Below, in pieces: positions 33,848 to 44,873 of a stretch of DNA of 61,095 nucleotides (position 1 is its first letter; each line of letters opens with the position of its first letter). Position numbers and translations under genes: made by a program. The notes beneath the pieces were generated by a model, which had not been told where the DNA came from, did no database searches, and was given only the letters and a program-made list of their open reading frames with translations. Origin of the DNA: a virus. Its lineage: Duplodnaviria; Caudoviricetes. The stretch covers positions 1 through 61,095 of the IMG/VR virus record IMGVR_UViG_3300046005_000771. One strand, 5' to 3'.

Positions 33848-36800
33848 AGCATTTTACGACTAGCAGACTGCTCACCTTCTGGTCCTTGAGGCGTGGCCAT
33901 TGATACAGGGCCCGGTGCTGGTGCAGCCGGGGCCATTGGAGCTGCAGCAGGTTTAGTACCACGTGTCTGAGCGGTAGGCAAAGAGTTCAGAGACCTACGT
34001 GAAACAGACGGTTGCTGGTCAGTAAATTGCAATCCAGGCCGTACTCTTTCTTCAGCAGGCATAGGCTCATCATCTTGCTGTGCGTAGTTTAAACCAGCCG
34101 CGGTCAAGTAAGAATGCAACTGACGAGATATCTGGAATTTTTCGCGTTGTGTTGCACCTTTTTTAAGCAACAAAGCCATCAACTGAGGGTCTTGCGTTGC
34201 TTTTTCGATAATGCCTTTTACCATGAAGGTAGGAAGTTTATCAAATTGTTTACGCACGTATTTAGAACCAGCAGAAGAAGCCACAAGGCTGTTGCCCCCT
34301 GGAGTCAACGCCGTACCTAATTTAGCGCCAGTAACGCGTAATGCTAGTTCAGTTAAAGCATCTGCACCTTGCACTACTTCGTCAGTAAGCTTGTTGTTTT
34401 TCATCGCCTTTTCAATGTTTTGCATAGGATTAATCAACTTACGAAGGTTTGTTGCCTCTGTAAGATCGATCACACCTTGACTGCGCAAGATATTGAACAA
34501 GGATGGTTGGCCTGGTGCCATTGGAGAGAATATAGCCTTGTTAAAAGCAGCAGGACTAAAGCCTGAATCACCGCCTGCTTTGAGGAAAGCGTAGTCATAT
34601 ATACTGGCTTTTAAGCCTTGTATTGCTTCTGGTCCGCCGGTCTTGGCTAGTGTAACGATGTTGTTAAAGCTCTTTACTGGGTAGCGACTATTTAAAGCGT
34701 CTGTAACGGCCGAAGTAGGATTCTCAAACTTAAGCACTTGAGCAAATGCAGACTGTTGTTCCATGGTCTTACGCGCAACACTGTTTGTTTCCTGCATCGC
34801 ACGGAAGGCGTTCTCTGCTTTTACTGCATCAGACAAGTCACTAGTGATTTGTAATCGGTCAAGCATGCCTTTGTTTTCGGCAACGAAAGTAGCCAATTGT
34901 TTTGGATTAACTCGACCAGTGATAGGATCAATTGCCTTGGCTGCCGCTAGGCGTAAAGCACGACCTTGGGCATCACGAATAGACACGACACCTTGTTTAG
35001 ATAGATCGGCAGTTCCTTCTAATGCCCTAGCCTGTGCGCTGTTTTTACCAAACTTAGCCACCGCGTCATCGTATTGAGCGCCCATCATGCCCACAGCGTC
35101 TTCAATATCAGCCATGCGATGAGCCGTCACGTCTGCTCCGCTACCAAAGGCTCTTGCTACAAGGATTTCAGGAGGAAGTTTTTCAGCGCCTTTTTTATTT
35201 ACAGCGATTAAATCACCGGCATAAGAGCGGGTAAAGTAATCATTCAAGGTGCGTGAGAATTGGCGTGCCTTATCGTAGGCAGGATTCTTCATTGAAGATA
35301 GGTCGTCTAATACAGACTCTGCCAAACGACCATAGAAGCCAGCATTAGAGACATCGCCTTTAGAGGCTGAATCACGGGCAAAGGCAAGCAAGTCACTACG
35401 GACGTTAATTAGGTCTTGTACATCTGTCTTCTTAAACACAGATATGGTTTTACGACCGTCTTGTTTTGTTAGATACTGAGCCGGGACGACGCCTGTTTCA
35501 AGGTATTCTTGAGTCTGTTTACCAGCAGCATATTTAGCAATGGCTTCTTCATCTACACCAAGTCTATCCATGATAGACTTAACTTCAGGAGGCATTCTAT
35601 ACTTGAAGCGCTCAGGCGTCATGGAAGACGCAATGTCTAAGAATGAAGTACCAGTGTTAGTTGGAGCTACTGTTTGCAAGGCCATCACTTTCTCGCCTTT
35701 TACAGTTTTCTTACGGAAAGAACCTTTAAATGCATCTGTCCATAAGGCTTTTTCTTGAGTACGCGCATCAGCAAGTGCACGTTCTGTTTCAGAACGGACA
35801 ATTTGACCTATTTCAACACGTGCTTGAGGCGTGTCTTTGGTTATCTTGGCAATCTTAGCAGCCGCATCCGCATCAGCAAGAGCCATGCGGCCCTCTAGTA
35901 ATGCTTCAAAGCTTGCAGATTCTAGTTCGGCTGCTTTACGTAACGCCGCTGGACTACCGATATCACGTAGTTTACCAATTAGTTTTTCATACGCCTGAAT
36001 TGATTCTAAACCCTTTTCTGCTACTTCGGCACCGTATTTAGCGTTACCTCTGGCTAGGGTCGTTTCAAGCATTACCAAACCAGCTTCGCCTGTCTTTTGA
36101 GCAGAAGTAGTGGTAACACCGGTAGGAACTGATGTTTCTAGTTTTTTAATAAGAGCAGGTACGTCTGTACCTACATCATTTAATAAGGTGTATAAGGCAT
36201 TTGCAGCACGTGTTTCACGGGCATCGGCCGACATACTACTGGCAAGTGTTTTTGTAAAGTCTTTTACAGCACCCACAGTGCTGATTAAAAAACGGCCTGG
36301 ACTAAAAAATCCACCTGCAACTTCAGCGCCAAAGCGAGGCCCTGCTTGACCTGGAAAATAAGATTCAGAAGTACCGCCTGCAACACCCGCACCTGCTCCG
36401 CCCATTATCTCTGAGACAAGAAATGACTTAGGATACTTACGTGCAGCTTCTCCAATACCTGACATAAAACGTGCCACACGGTTGGCATTCATTACAGGTA
36501 TACCAAATGCAACAGGGGCTGCAGCTATGGATTCACCAAATGTCTTACCGCCTTCACGATAAGGAATTAAATCTTCTCTTGGCACGTCTGGAAAGAACTG
36601 CTCATACTGCGAAGAAGCTACTGCACCTGCTGTCAGACCTACACCGAATCCAATAGTAGCAGCAATTGGTTTAGCCAATGGACCTACTATAGGCAAGACA
36701 GGGGGAGTCATTGCCGCACCCGTACGAGCTCCCATAAGGGCTGCCCCCATAGTGGTTCCACCCTGTATTCCTCCTATAGTAGTTCCATAGCCAATTTCAC

Positions 36801-36966
36801 GCATTTTTTCAGCACCAGTAGGCTCTGTAGAAACTGCGATGTCTTCTATAGAAGGGCCTTGTGCTTGATCATTCCCGCTATTGACTAATTGGTCTATCAC
36901 TCCCGGATCACTGATTGGAGACGCGATATCCTCAATAGAACGAACAGGGCGGGTATTATCTGTCAT
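33805..36966 (-). CDS. Large internal virion / DNA ejection protein (putative)
   Basis: 1053 aa, helical, Ala/Gly-rich N-terminal hydrophobic segments; last gene of the virion operon. Confidence 0.6.
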   Translation of the reverse strand: MTDNTRPVRSIEDIASPISDPGVIDQLVNSGNDQAQGPSIEDIAVSTEPTGAEKMREIGYGTTIGGIQGGTTMGAALMGARTGAAMTPPVLPIVGPLAKPIAATIGFGVGLTAGAVASSQYEQFFPDVPREDLIPYREGGKTFGESIAAAPVAFGIPVMNANRVARFMSGIGEAARKYPKSFLVSEIMGGAGAGVAGGTSESYFPGQAGPRFGAEVAGGFFSPGRFLISTVGAVKDFTKTLASSMSADARETRAANALYTLLNDVGTDVPALIKKLETSVPTGVTTTSAQKTGEAGLVMLETTLARGNAKYGAEVAEKGLESIQAYEKLIGKLRDIGSPAALRKAAELESASFEALLEGRMALADADAAAKIAKITKDTPQARVEIGQIVRSETERALADARTQEKALWTDAFKGSFRKKTVKGEKVMALQTVAPTNTGTSFLDIASSMTPERFKYRMPPEVKSIMDRLGVDEEAIAKYAAGKQTQEYLETGVVPAQYLTKQDGRKTISVFKKTDVQDLINVRSDLLAFARDSASKGDVSNAGFYGRLAESVLDDLSSMKNPAYDKARQFSRTLNDYFTRSYAGDLIAVNKKGAEKLPPEILVARAFGSGADVTAHRMADIEDAVGMMGAQYDDAVAKFGKNSAQARALEGTADLSKQGVVSIRDAQGRALRLAAAKAIDPITGRVNPKQLATFVAENKGMLDRLQITSDLSDAVKAENAFRAMQETNSVARKTMEQQSAFAQVLKFENPTSAVTDALNSRYPVKSFNNIVTLAKTGGPEAIQGLKASIYDYAFLKAGGDSGFSPAAFNKAIFSPMAPGQPSLFNILRSQGVIDLTEATNLRKLINPMQNIEKAMKNNKLTDEVVQGADALTELALRVTGAKLGTALTPGGNSLVASSAGSKYVRKQFDKLPTFMVKGIIEKATQDPQLMALLLKKGATQREKFQISRQLHSYLTAAGLNYAQQDDEPMPAEERVRPGLQFTDQQPSVSRRSLNSLPTAQTRGTKPAAAPMAPAAPAPGPVSMATPQGPEGEQSASRKMLQSLFPMDTISSMA

Positions 36967-38947
36967 TTTTTGTCCTCATCGGTGTAGTGCCATTCCATAA
37001 GAATTCAGCATCCGGACCTAGTTTGAGGGCCTCTTCTACTGAATAGATTTTAGGGGGCAAATCAAGTATCTTCAGCGCATTTTTCATTTCTTCTAAACGA
37101 GTAGCGACTGTTTTACGCAATTCTACAGGAAGATTGGGGTTTTGTAATTGACGTTCAGCAAGAGATTTTTCTTGCTCGATAAATGCACCTACACCAATTA
37201 ACCTATTACGCAATGCAGCAGGGTCATCAAATAGTTGAGGATTAAGACCTAAATCGGCTTTAATTTCTTCACGCTCTGAGTTACCAAACCTATCCGTAGT
37301 ACGCAATGCAGATACTACACCATTAATGGCGGTCTCAGCATACGCACGAGCTTGTGTTACCTGAGGGAAAGAACCGCCTTGTCCAGGTATTCTTGCAGCG
37401 CCTGCTTGTAAGGCAGACACTGGACCTGTCATTGACCCTGACAACTTCCATAAGGATGAGTTAGGGATAACGGGAGCGGCCGGAGCAGGAGCAGGAGCCG
37501 GAGCAGCAGGCGAAACAGAAGGTTTAATGCCGCGTTCATAAGCTATGAGCACCTGTTGTGCTTCTACATTACCATTTTGCGCAGCTGCTTGTAAACTAGC
37601 TAGTTCATCAGCAGGAAGTTCGCCACCCGTCCAAGAAGGAGGCACTTCAACACTAGAAGGAGCTACTTTAGGTGTCATACCTGATAGCGTATTACGCGCC
37701 GTAATAGCTGTTTTAACATACTCAGGGATTTGAGGTGTTCTAGTCTCTATGTTTCCAGTGTAGGGGTTATTAAACTGAGTAGGAGTCTGAATAATCTGTA
37801 AAGCAGATTCAAACTTACGTGAAAGTTCTTCGCTCAAAGTACCATTTGCATAAGCAGGAGCATATTTGTATAGGGTAGTATGAGCTGCGCCTTCTACGCC
37901 GCTACCAAAACCTTTATCACCAGAGTCCTTCATGCTTTGTTTAAATACTTCTCTCCACATAGTACGTTGGCTATTAACAAGTTTAGTATTCTCACCACGG
38001 ATATCTTGAATATCTTTTTCAGTAGCTTGAAGAGCAGCCATTTTGACAGCCCGTTTATTTTTCTCAATATCCGCAGTTATTGCACCCATTGCAGTTGGAA
38101 GGGTACGAACAGCACCCGCAAAGCGTGCAGCTTGAGAACCTTGAAGTGGACGACCTTGGTCATCCACGTTGGCAGCATAATTAAAAGCACGATTACCTAA
38201 CTCAAACAAAATCTGTGCTTGAGACTGTTTAGGGTCTACACCAAGAAGTTGTTCATACAGTGGAACACGAGATTCCATGCCCGCTCTTAAGTCAGGCACT
38301 TTAAGGGGCTTTTGAGCCATTTCTTGCTCTACCATATACTGTGCAGCTGCTTTCCAGTCCGCAGGGTAGTTATATGAGGATGTATCTGTAGTCGGGGTCA
38401 CGCCATCCTCGTCGGTCCCGTCGCTAAAATGCTGTACGTATCCACCCATGGCCATGGCCACTGGTTCTTGAGGCATTGCTCCTTGGTCCATGGCCAATGC
38501 ACCGATACCACCCATACCCGCTTCTGCAGGCATGGCTTCTGGCATCATGCCTGGCATAGCTTCTGGCATTGGTTGAGGCATAGCCGCTGGAATACCCCCT
38601 TGTGGAGGCATAGGCACTGCTTGTTGTTGAGCAAATACTGGTTGTAGTAAGGCAAGCACGTCTTCTGGGGTATCCGCCGCAGCGTTGTAACCCACTAAAT
38701 CAGCAAGCTCCTCGACCCGCGCATCGATAGAGCGCATGTCACCACGAAGGTTATTCATTAAGATTTCAGGTGAATTAGGACGACGATCCGCTACTTTCGT
38801 CGCTTCGTTATCGTCCATTTCGTATTCGTCTTCACTGTCATCTTCTTCCATTGAATCCATAAAGCCTTGCATAATGCCAACGTTTTCTACGTCAGTCTCA
38901 TCCGTTGGTTTTTTAAACATAGGTCGATCTGATATTTTAGCTTTCAT
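36956..38947 (-). CDS. Internal virion protein (putative), carries MAMGG motif
   Basis: 663 aa; acidic then Met/Pro-rich N-region ending AMAMGGYV. Confidence 0.55.
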   Translation of the reverse strand: MKAKISDRPMFKKPTDETDVENVGIMQGFMDSMEEDDSEDEYEMDDNEATKVADRRPNSPEILMNNLRGDMRSIDARVEELADLVGYNAAADTPEDVLALLQPVFAQQQAVPMPPQGGIPAAMPQPMPEAMPGMMPEAMPAEAGMGGIGALAMDQGAMPQEPVAMAMGGYVQHFSDGTDEDGVTPTTDTSSYNYPADWKAAAQYMVEQEMAQKPLKVPDLRAGMESRVPLYEQLLGVDPKQSQAQILFELGNRAFNYAANVDDQGRPLQGSQAARFAGAVRTLPTAMGAITADIEKNKRAVKMAALQATEKDIQDIRGENTKLVNSQRTMWREVFKQSMKDSGDKGFGSGVEGAAHTTLYKYAPAYANGTLSEELSRKFESALQIIQTPTQFNNPYTGNIETRTPQIPEYVKTAITARNTLSGMTPKVAPSSVEVPPSWTGGELPADELASLQAAAQNGNVEAQQVLIAYERGIKPSVSPAAPAPAPAPAAPVIPNSSLWKLSGSMTGPVSALQAGAARIPGQGGSFPQVTQARAYAETAINGVVSALRTTDRFGNSEREEIKADLGLNPQLFDDPAALRNRLIGVGAFIEQEKSLAERQLQNPNLPVELRKTVATRLEEMKNALKILDLPPKIYSVEEALKLGPDAEFLWNGTTPMRTKNDR

Positions 38948-38956
38948 GGTATTTCC

Positions 38957-40396
38957 TTAGAATAAACCGGCTCTACTTGCCGCAGCAGCTGTGGTAACAC
39001 CCCCTACTACAGTCCCTAATGCTGACTGTAACGGAGAAGCAGAAGGGGCACTAGCTGAAGTCAGTGTCATTTGTGAAGAAGGAGCGCCTTTGTATATATC
39101 AGACACAAACGCTAGTTGCTGATAGGGCGTCATCGCTTCTTGCAAACGAGTAGCACGAGACGCGTCTAGTTGCGCTTGAGCATTTTGTTGTTCAAGAGCA
39201 CCAATACCTGATAGTAATGACACGTCGGCGGTGTTTAGTTGCTGACCGGCTTGACCTAATGCTGCTTGTTGCATGCCCATGGCGCCCATGCTGCTGCCTA
39301 ACTGACCTAACGTAGAAGCACGTTGAGTATCAACACCTGCTTGTTGTGCTGCTAAGGAGCCAATGCCTTGTCCCGCTTGGCCATATAAAGAAGCTTGTTG
39401 TCCAGCTAGGTTTCCCATAGTAGATGCCCCTGCCTGCCCTAATTGGGCCTGGGAAAGTGCTTGTTGACCATATGTAGTGCCTATATTTCCCAACTGCTGT
39501 CCTGCCTGACCATAGATATTTGCCGCATTGGTACCCAGTGCACCTAGTGCAGTACCCGCAGAAGTAATACCCTGTGACGCTGCCAACTGTCTTTGTTGTT
39601 GCTGCTCTGCACTAGTCATCGCAGCAGTTTGGGCTTGGCCATAATTAGCCGCATAGTCTTGGAAAGTACGCTGAGACATCAGGTCCTGAAGATTACGTTC
39701 CTGTTCTGCACGTTGAACACCTTCTCGTGTTCCACCAAATGCACCTGATTTAACCGCCTGAGCCGCAGTACCCTGTGCCGCTATGTCACTTTGACGACGC
39801 ATTTCAGCCAGAGCCTTGTCTGTTACCTGCGACTGATACGGATTCATAAAGGCCGCTGCTTGTGTTGGATCATATGCACGAGTAGCTTGTTGCAGCCCAG
39901 AAATCCCCTGCTGAACGGCGCTTAACCCCTGCTGTTGAGCTCCTACGCCTGCCCCTACCATTTGGTTGGCCATCCCTGCAGCCTGTCCTAACATCCCTTG
40001 AGAAGGAGCTAAATTAGCCTGTAAATAGTTTCCTGCAATGTTGGCAGCACTTCCTACCCCGCCTGCGGCTTGAATACCTGCCTGAGTTGCATTTTGAGCC
40101 GCGTTAAATTGAGGAGCGACATTCATTCCCCCTACTATACCTGCTCCTTGGGACGCGAGCTGTTGTCCTTGTGTTACGCCCGCAGTACCGGCAGCCATAT
40201 ACGGCTTCCATTGACCAATGCCTTGCCCAGCAAGTGCGGCCGCTTGCCCTTGAGTAGCAGAAAGCTGTGCGGCTTCTACTGCAGGAAGGTTTAAGGGTGT
40301 GCCATAAAGGCCCTGTGCTTTTTGTAATAGTCCAAGTTTATAAGCCTCAATCTCTGGGGCTTCCCTGACTATCTGGGTGCTGATTTCCTCGGCCAT
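38957..40396 (-). CDS. Gln/Ala/Gly-rich DNA ejection (pilot) protein (putative)
   Basis: FMNPYQSQV...AVKSGAFGGTR; low-complexity helical. Confidence 0.65.
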   Translation of the reverse strand: MAEEISTQIVREAPEIEAYKLGLLQKAQGLYGTPLNLPAVEAAQLSATQGQAAALAGQGIGQWKPYMAAGTAGVTQGQQLASQGAGIVGGMNVAPQFNAAQNATQAGIQAAGGVGSAANIAGNYLQANLAPSQGMLGQAAGMANQMVGAGVGAQQQGLSAVQQGISGLQQATRAYDPTQAAAFMNPYQSQVTDKALAEMRRQSDIAAQGTAAQAVKSGAFGGTREGVQRAEQERNLQDLMSQRTFQDYAANYGQAQTAAMTSAEQQQQRQLAASQGITSAGTALGALGTNAANIYGQAGQQLGNIGTTYGQQALSQAQLGQAGASTMGNLAGQQASLYGQAGQGIGSLAAQQAGVDTQRASTLGQLGSSMGAMGMQQAALGQAGQQLNTADVSLLSGIGALEQQNAQAQLDASRATRLQEAMTPYQQLAFVSDIYKGAPSSQMTLTSASAPSASPLQSALGTVVGGVTTAAAASRAGLF

Positions 40397-42406
40397 TTAT
40401 TTCCCCTTCGATTCAAGTTGTTTCATTAGTTTGTACATACGCTTCGCGCCTTTTCTACGTGACCCTTGGCCCATGGCCCGTACTGCTCTGGCCGTAAATA
40501 CAAACTCGCCGTCTGATAGCATTGCTGGAACAGAATCAGAAGTCCCTGTGCCCGGACCGTCAATAGGACCGTTTTTACGAGGGAAGTCTTCTAATGAGGC
40601 AATACCACCGGCAGCTAATCTTGCAGTAGGGTAAGGAGCAGCCGAGCTGCTGTAGATGTTATCGTATGGATTACCTTGGTATGTAGTCGTGTTAGCAAGA
40701 CCTGCAGAATACATATTATTATAGGGATTAGCCGCATAGGTAGTGCTTCCACCACCGTAAGTAAGGCCATAGGTCGACGGATCACGGGCAAGTAAGTCTT
40801 TACCCGTTGTAGTAAATTGATCTATGTTAGACGGAGGTGCAACAGGCTCCGGTTTAAATGCACCACCTAAATAGGCTGCACCTAGACCAACCCCTGCTAT
40901 AGGGCCATAGGTAGACAATAAACCTGGAGAGGCTGCTTTGAATGCTGTCTCATAGGCCGCTGATTGCATCGCTGGAGTAGCAGTAGGAAGTTTAGCCACA
41001 AGATTGTTTACTGCATCCACGCCCGCTTGTTGAGCAGATACAGCACCTCGCTCTGTAATAGCAGAAGGAGAGATAGTATCCCATGCATTAGAGGCCATGT
41101 TCTTGGTGGCATCCCACGCATTAGATGCAGTGTTCATGATTCCACCGCCTCCTGATGTTGCAGGGGCAATGCCCGCAGTAGTATTCGACAAGTTTACACC
41201 TGGTGCACCACTATAGGCTGGTGTGGTAGCAGGGGCTGCCGTTAATATATTGTAATCAATAGGACCGGTAGAAGGAATAGGAGCAGGTGTATATCCACCT
41301 AAGTTTTGTATTCCACCCAGACTAGGAGAAGAAACAGGAGATACCTGTACAGCACCACCTGGTTGTGTGATGTCAAACACGTCTGGTTGGTAAGAAGGGG
41401 CAGGAGCGCCTACCGGGGGGATTGAATCTATAGGAGTAAATCCGCCTTCCACAATAGGAGCAGGAGTTGTCGTAGGAGAGGCCGCAGCGGCTGAAGGGGT
41501 CATTGCATAAGTCACTACCCCTGCCATTGCACCCGCTATTGCACCGCCTTTAATTGCCTGACCTAGTTTTTGGCCCGAAGCAAGATTGACAAGGGTGCTA
41601 CCTGCAAAAGTATTTACACCCATTGCAGTTGCACCTGTAAGTCCCATGCCACCGGCTAAGTTAAACCCAGCAGGACCCATGAAATATACAGCAGCTGCTG
41701 TAAGTATAATTTTACCAATAGGGCTCTTTGCAACCTTCTTCACTACCGCGGCAACTTTTTTAACCACCTTAGCTACCGTCTTCACTACTTTACCAACGGC
41801 TTTTTTAATTTTCTTAAACAAACCAAATTCAGGCAAGCCTGTGTCAGGATTGATGGTGCCACTACCACCGCGACTACGTAATAGACGCATTTCTTCAGGC
41901 GTAATGTGCGCGAGCATTGTATCGCCGCCACGGCCCATGTCAGATAGTTCTTTAGAAATTGTTTTAACATTAATAATGCCACCGTCCGCAAAGGTAGGAA
42001 CGGCTGGTTCTTTGTTAATGTCTAGCTGGTCTAAGGCAAGATTGAATGCTGCAAAATACGCAGGGTCAAACTGGTCTGGAAGTAGTTCCTCTGGAACGCC
42101 TTCTTGAATGAATTCTGCTCGGTCTACTGCATAGGTTTCAGGGTTAGCTAGGATGTTGTCTACCATCAACTGAAGTGCATCAATCACTTCTGGAGGCAGC
42201 TTCATCGCTGCGAGTTCTCTTATGAACTCATCCGTCATCGCAGGATCGGCTTCCGCCATTCCACCCAATATGTCTCGTCCAAATTCACGAGGGCTATTCT
42301 TAGCATAGCTCTCCACTACTGGACTAAATTTAGATGGGTCTATTTGACCCCTCGGCTCTTGTTGCCCTTCAGGCAACGCCATAATTCCTTGCATTTCTTC
42401 TGCCAT
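40397..42406 (-). CDS. Internal virion protein with FADGG and GPGTGTSDSVPAMLSDGEFV motifs
   Basis: FADGG...GRGGDTMLAHITPEE...GTINPDTGLPEF; LAAGG...GPGTGTSDSVPAMLSDGEFV. Confidence 0.65.
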   Translation of the reverse strand: MAEEMQGIMALPEGQQEPRGQIDPSKFSPVVESYAKNSPREFGRDILGGMAEADPAMTDEFIRELAAMKLPPEVIDALQLMVDNILANPETYAVDRAEFIQEGVPEELLPDQFDPAYFAAFNLALDQLDINKEPAVPTFADGGIINVKTISKELSDMGRGGDTMLAHITPEEMRLLRSRGGSGTINPDTGLPEFGLFKKIKKAVGKVVKTVAKVVKKVAAVVKKVAKSPIGKIILTAAAVYFMGPAGFNLAGGMGLTGATAMGVNTFAGSTLVNLASGQKLGQAIKGGAIAGAMAGVVTYAMTPSAAAASPTTTPAPIVEGGFTPIDSIPPVGAPAPSYQPDVFDITQPGGAVQVSPVSSPSLGGIQNLGGYTPAPIPSTGPIDYNILTAAPATTPAYSGAPGVNLSNTTAGIAPATSGGGGIMNTASNAWDATKNMASNAWDTISPSAITERGAVSAQQAGVDAVNNLVAKLPTATPAMQSAAYETAFKAASPGLLSTYGPIAGVGLGAAYLGGAFKPEPVAPPSNIDQFTTTGKDLLARDPSTYGLTYGGGSTTYAANPYNNMYSAGLANTTTYQGNPYDNIYSSSAAPYPTARLAAGGIASLEDFPRKNGPIDGPGTGTSDSVPAMLSDGEFVFTARAVRAMGQGSRRKGAKRMYKLMKQLESKGK

Positions 42407-42493
42407 GTTTAACCTTTCCCAAATACATAAATGGCCTCACAGGGCCGCACCTTAGTAAAGAAGGCGAAGATGTTGTAATTATGAGCTATTTTA

Positions 42494-42832
42494 CTAGTTT
42501 CTGTCTACAAGTAAAGCAGAAACAGTTACGTCTAACCCCGTTGCGGATGATGTTATTTTTAATATATCCGTTGATTCCAGTATCAAAGGCCCTGCCACTT
42601 TTCCTGCTAATAGGTCTACATACGAGTTTGTCGCTACCGCTAGGGCCGGGGCAATTGTAGTAGCCCCTGTTCCCAGAGGAGAAAAAGCAGCCGTTACATT
42701 AATAGAACTGCCTGTTGTATTAGCTACAATAATAGAGCGTACAATGGCAGAAGTTGCATCAGGTACCGTCAATAAAGATTCGGTAGTCGCTCCTGTAAAT
42801 ACTTTTTGATACCGCTTATATAAGTTTGCCAT
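42494..42832 (-). CDS. Small virion structural protein
   Basis: Beta-rich 112 aa, AIVRSIIVAN...LILESTDILKI. Confidence 0.6.
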   Translation of the reverse strand: MANLYKRYQKVFTGATTESLLTVPDATSAIVRSIIVANTTGSSINVTAAFSPLGTGATTIAPALAVATNSYVDLLAGKVAGPLILESTDILKITSSATGLDVTVSALLVDRN

Positions 42833-43008
42833 TATTTACCAAAAAACCAGGCTAGTGCCTCGGCTTTATCCTCAGTTACGTTAGGGGTGTAATTACTATT
42901 AAGCGTCAACACAATCTGCTCTAAGGACCTTACCAATTGGTTAAACTGAGCCGGACTATAGCCTTCTGTAGCCGCATTGGGAAGACGAACGTTTGTTATC
43001 TTACTCAT
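42832..43008 (-). CDS. Small tail-associated protein (58 aa, not in ORF track)
   Basis: MSKITNVRLPNAATEGYSPAQFNQLVRSLEQIVLTLN...WFFGK; TAATG overlap with next gene. Confidence 0.7.
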   Translation of the reverse strand: MSKITNVRLPNAATEGYSPAQFNQLVRSLEQIVLTLNSNYTPNVTEDKAEALAWFFGK

Positions 43009-43009
43009 G

Positions 43010-44872
43010 CTATCTCAACCCATCCGGCACAACATCTACGCGCAACGTACCAAAGCGCCAAGTGCTCCCAAGGTCATCACTTTCCATACGCAATGCTATC
43101 TGTCTACCTCGCGCTCTTGTGTCTACTTTTTGAGTAGTAGGGGTGATCACGTAAGGGTCAAGCGAACTTGGACTTGCAGTAGCCTGTGGGTACGGACGTA
43201 GTAATAACTGCACCGTAATGTCCCCTACCTGGTTTTTAAAGTCAGGAATAAATCGCTTCATGTAGAGCATGTTATCCCCTTCGGAGATATCAAAATACCC
43301 AGACTGAAGGTAGGCGGTAATAGGCAAGCCATCCGCATCTTCCCCTGATTCTTGTTTGTAGAGGTATGAGCGACCTGCTGTTAGACCGTAAATAGTAGGC
43401 GTAACAGCCGTGTTGTCCGTGTTATCGTAACTAGTGGCAAGGGGCTTACCTATTACGCCCGCGTCTACCCAAGCCGTGCGAGCTAGAGAACCTATTGACC
43501 AAGTATTTTCAAGGTAGTTATAGGTCACAAAACGGTCTATGTAGTCGGAGGTAAAGGAACAATAGAACCAAGTTATCTCACTAAACTGGGAGTTAAGGCC
43601 TACATTAATTTTTTGTGCTTGCGAAAAATTAATGTCTTTATAGACATAATCTTGCACAGTACAGGGCAGTTTTTTAACCGTACCGTCAAACACAAAGAAG
43701 CCCTTGATGCACATCCAATAGGCTACACCATTAATGTCAATAGCCGCATGAGGACCTACTACACCACAGTTAGAGCTAAGTTGCTGGAAGCTAAAGGTAT
43801 ACGGGGGACCTACATACTGCATAGCCTGTAGCGAACTGTCCGTAAAGATTAGAATTTGACCACGGGATCTAAGTGCAGAAATAATTCTATTACCATCCGA
43901 TAGGCGTTGGCCCCCGGCCGTGTTGGTTGCCGAGGCTTCCCATGTATTGATGTCCTCTTGATTAGAGAACCGAACAAACATAGGGTCTTGCGTAGAAGGG
44001 TCACCTATGGTCGTCTCTGCTCCAAGTGATACCAGATGCCTGTCAGGAGTAGATACCAGCGAAAACTGGGCCTTGGTCGGCGCACCTGCAATAGCAGTAG
44101 CACGTAGCGCAGGAGAACCTACTGCTGGGACATCCCAAAGGTAGACAGCGCCCCCACACAGTTGACATACTACATCCTCTCCATACGTATCAAACTGCCA
44201 TACGCGAGAATATAAGGTATCACCTGGAACGGAAGAAGCTGGACGGGGTGTTCCCCATGTTCCCATTCCCCATGTCCCTATGCTCCATCCATAGTTCACG
44301 GACGTCACATCATTGCCCACGGCTATTTGAAAGGAAGCATCCGCCAAACCTGCTGTGGCCACAGTTGAAGTAGCGGCAGCAGGAGACACAATAGTGAACG
44401 TGTCCTCTGTAATAGTCTGCACTTCAAACTCATTCGTTAAACTTGCATTTGAAATACCACCGGGATTACCACTTACATCGTATATAGTAACAAAGTCGCC
44501 TATTTCAGCCCCATGGGCCACGGCATTCACGGTAACCGTCGTACTGCCATTGGTTGTACTAAACGTTACGCCTGTTTCAATGCTTCTGATGGGCGTAATA
44601 TCTGTCCAAGTGTCAAGTGCATATACGTATAGTTTACGGGTAGTACCTATTATACTGAAGGTAAGGCCAGTCAAACTATTCCAGTTAAATACCTGGCTGA
44701 CCATTCCAATAAAAGGGGTACTGACGGAATCAAAGGATTTCCATCCACCTATTTTTTCAGGTAGGCCATACCTAAAGCGTACATAGTCACAATCCACCCA
44801 GCCACCTTCAGCACCGTATTCGGTGTTTTGCTTGTCAATGCCGGGGTTAAGTGCTAATCGTACGAGGGCCAT
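43010..44872 (-). CDS. Tail nozzle / head-closure protein (P22 gp10-like, beta-propeller)
   Basis: 620 aa; PGIDK...WVDCDYVRFRYGLPEKIGGW, VRFSNQED, DTRARGRQ. Confidence 0.7.
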   Translation of the reverse strand: MALVRLALNPGIDKQNTEYGAEGGWVDCDYVRFRYGLPEKIGGWKSFDSVSTPFIGMVSQVFNWNSLTGLTFSIIGTTRKLYVYALDTWTDITPIRSIETGVTFSTTNGSTTVTVNAVAHGAEIGDFVTIYDVSGNPGGISNASLTNEFEVQTITEDTFTIVSPAAATSTVATAGLADASFQIAVGNDVTSVNYGWSIGTWGMGTWGTPRPASSVPGDTLYSRVWQFDTYGEDVVCQLCGGAVYLWDVPAVGSPALRATAIAGAPTKAQFSLVSTPDRHLVSLGAETTIGDPSTQDPMFVRFSNQEDINTWEASATNTAGGQRLSDGNRIISALRSRGQILIFTDSSLQAMQYVGPPYTFSFQQLSSNCGVVGPHAAIDINGVAYWMCIKGFFVFDGTVKKLPCTVQDYVYKDINFSQAQKINVGLNSQFSEITWFYCSFTSDYIDRFVTYNYLENTWSIGSLARTAWVDAGVIGKPLATSYDNTDNTAVTPTIYGLTAGRSYLYKQESGEDADGLPITAYLQSGYFDISEGDNMLYMKRFIPDFKNQVGDITVQLLLRPYPQATASPSSLDPYVITPTTQKVDTRARGRQIALRMESDDLGSTWRFGTLRVDVVPDGLR

Positions 44873-44873
44873 A

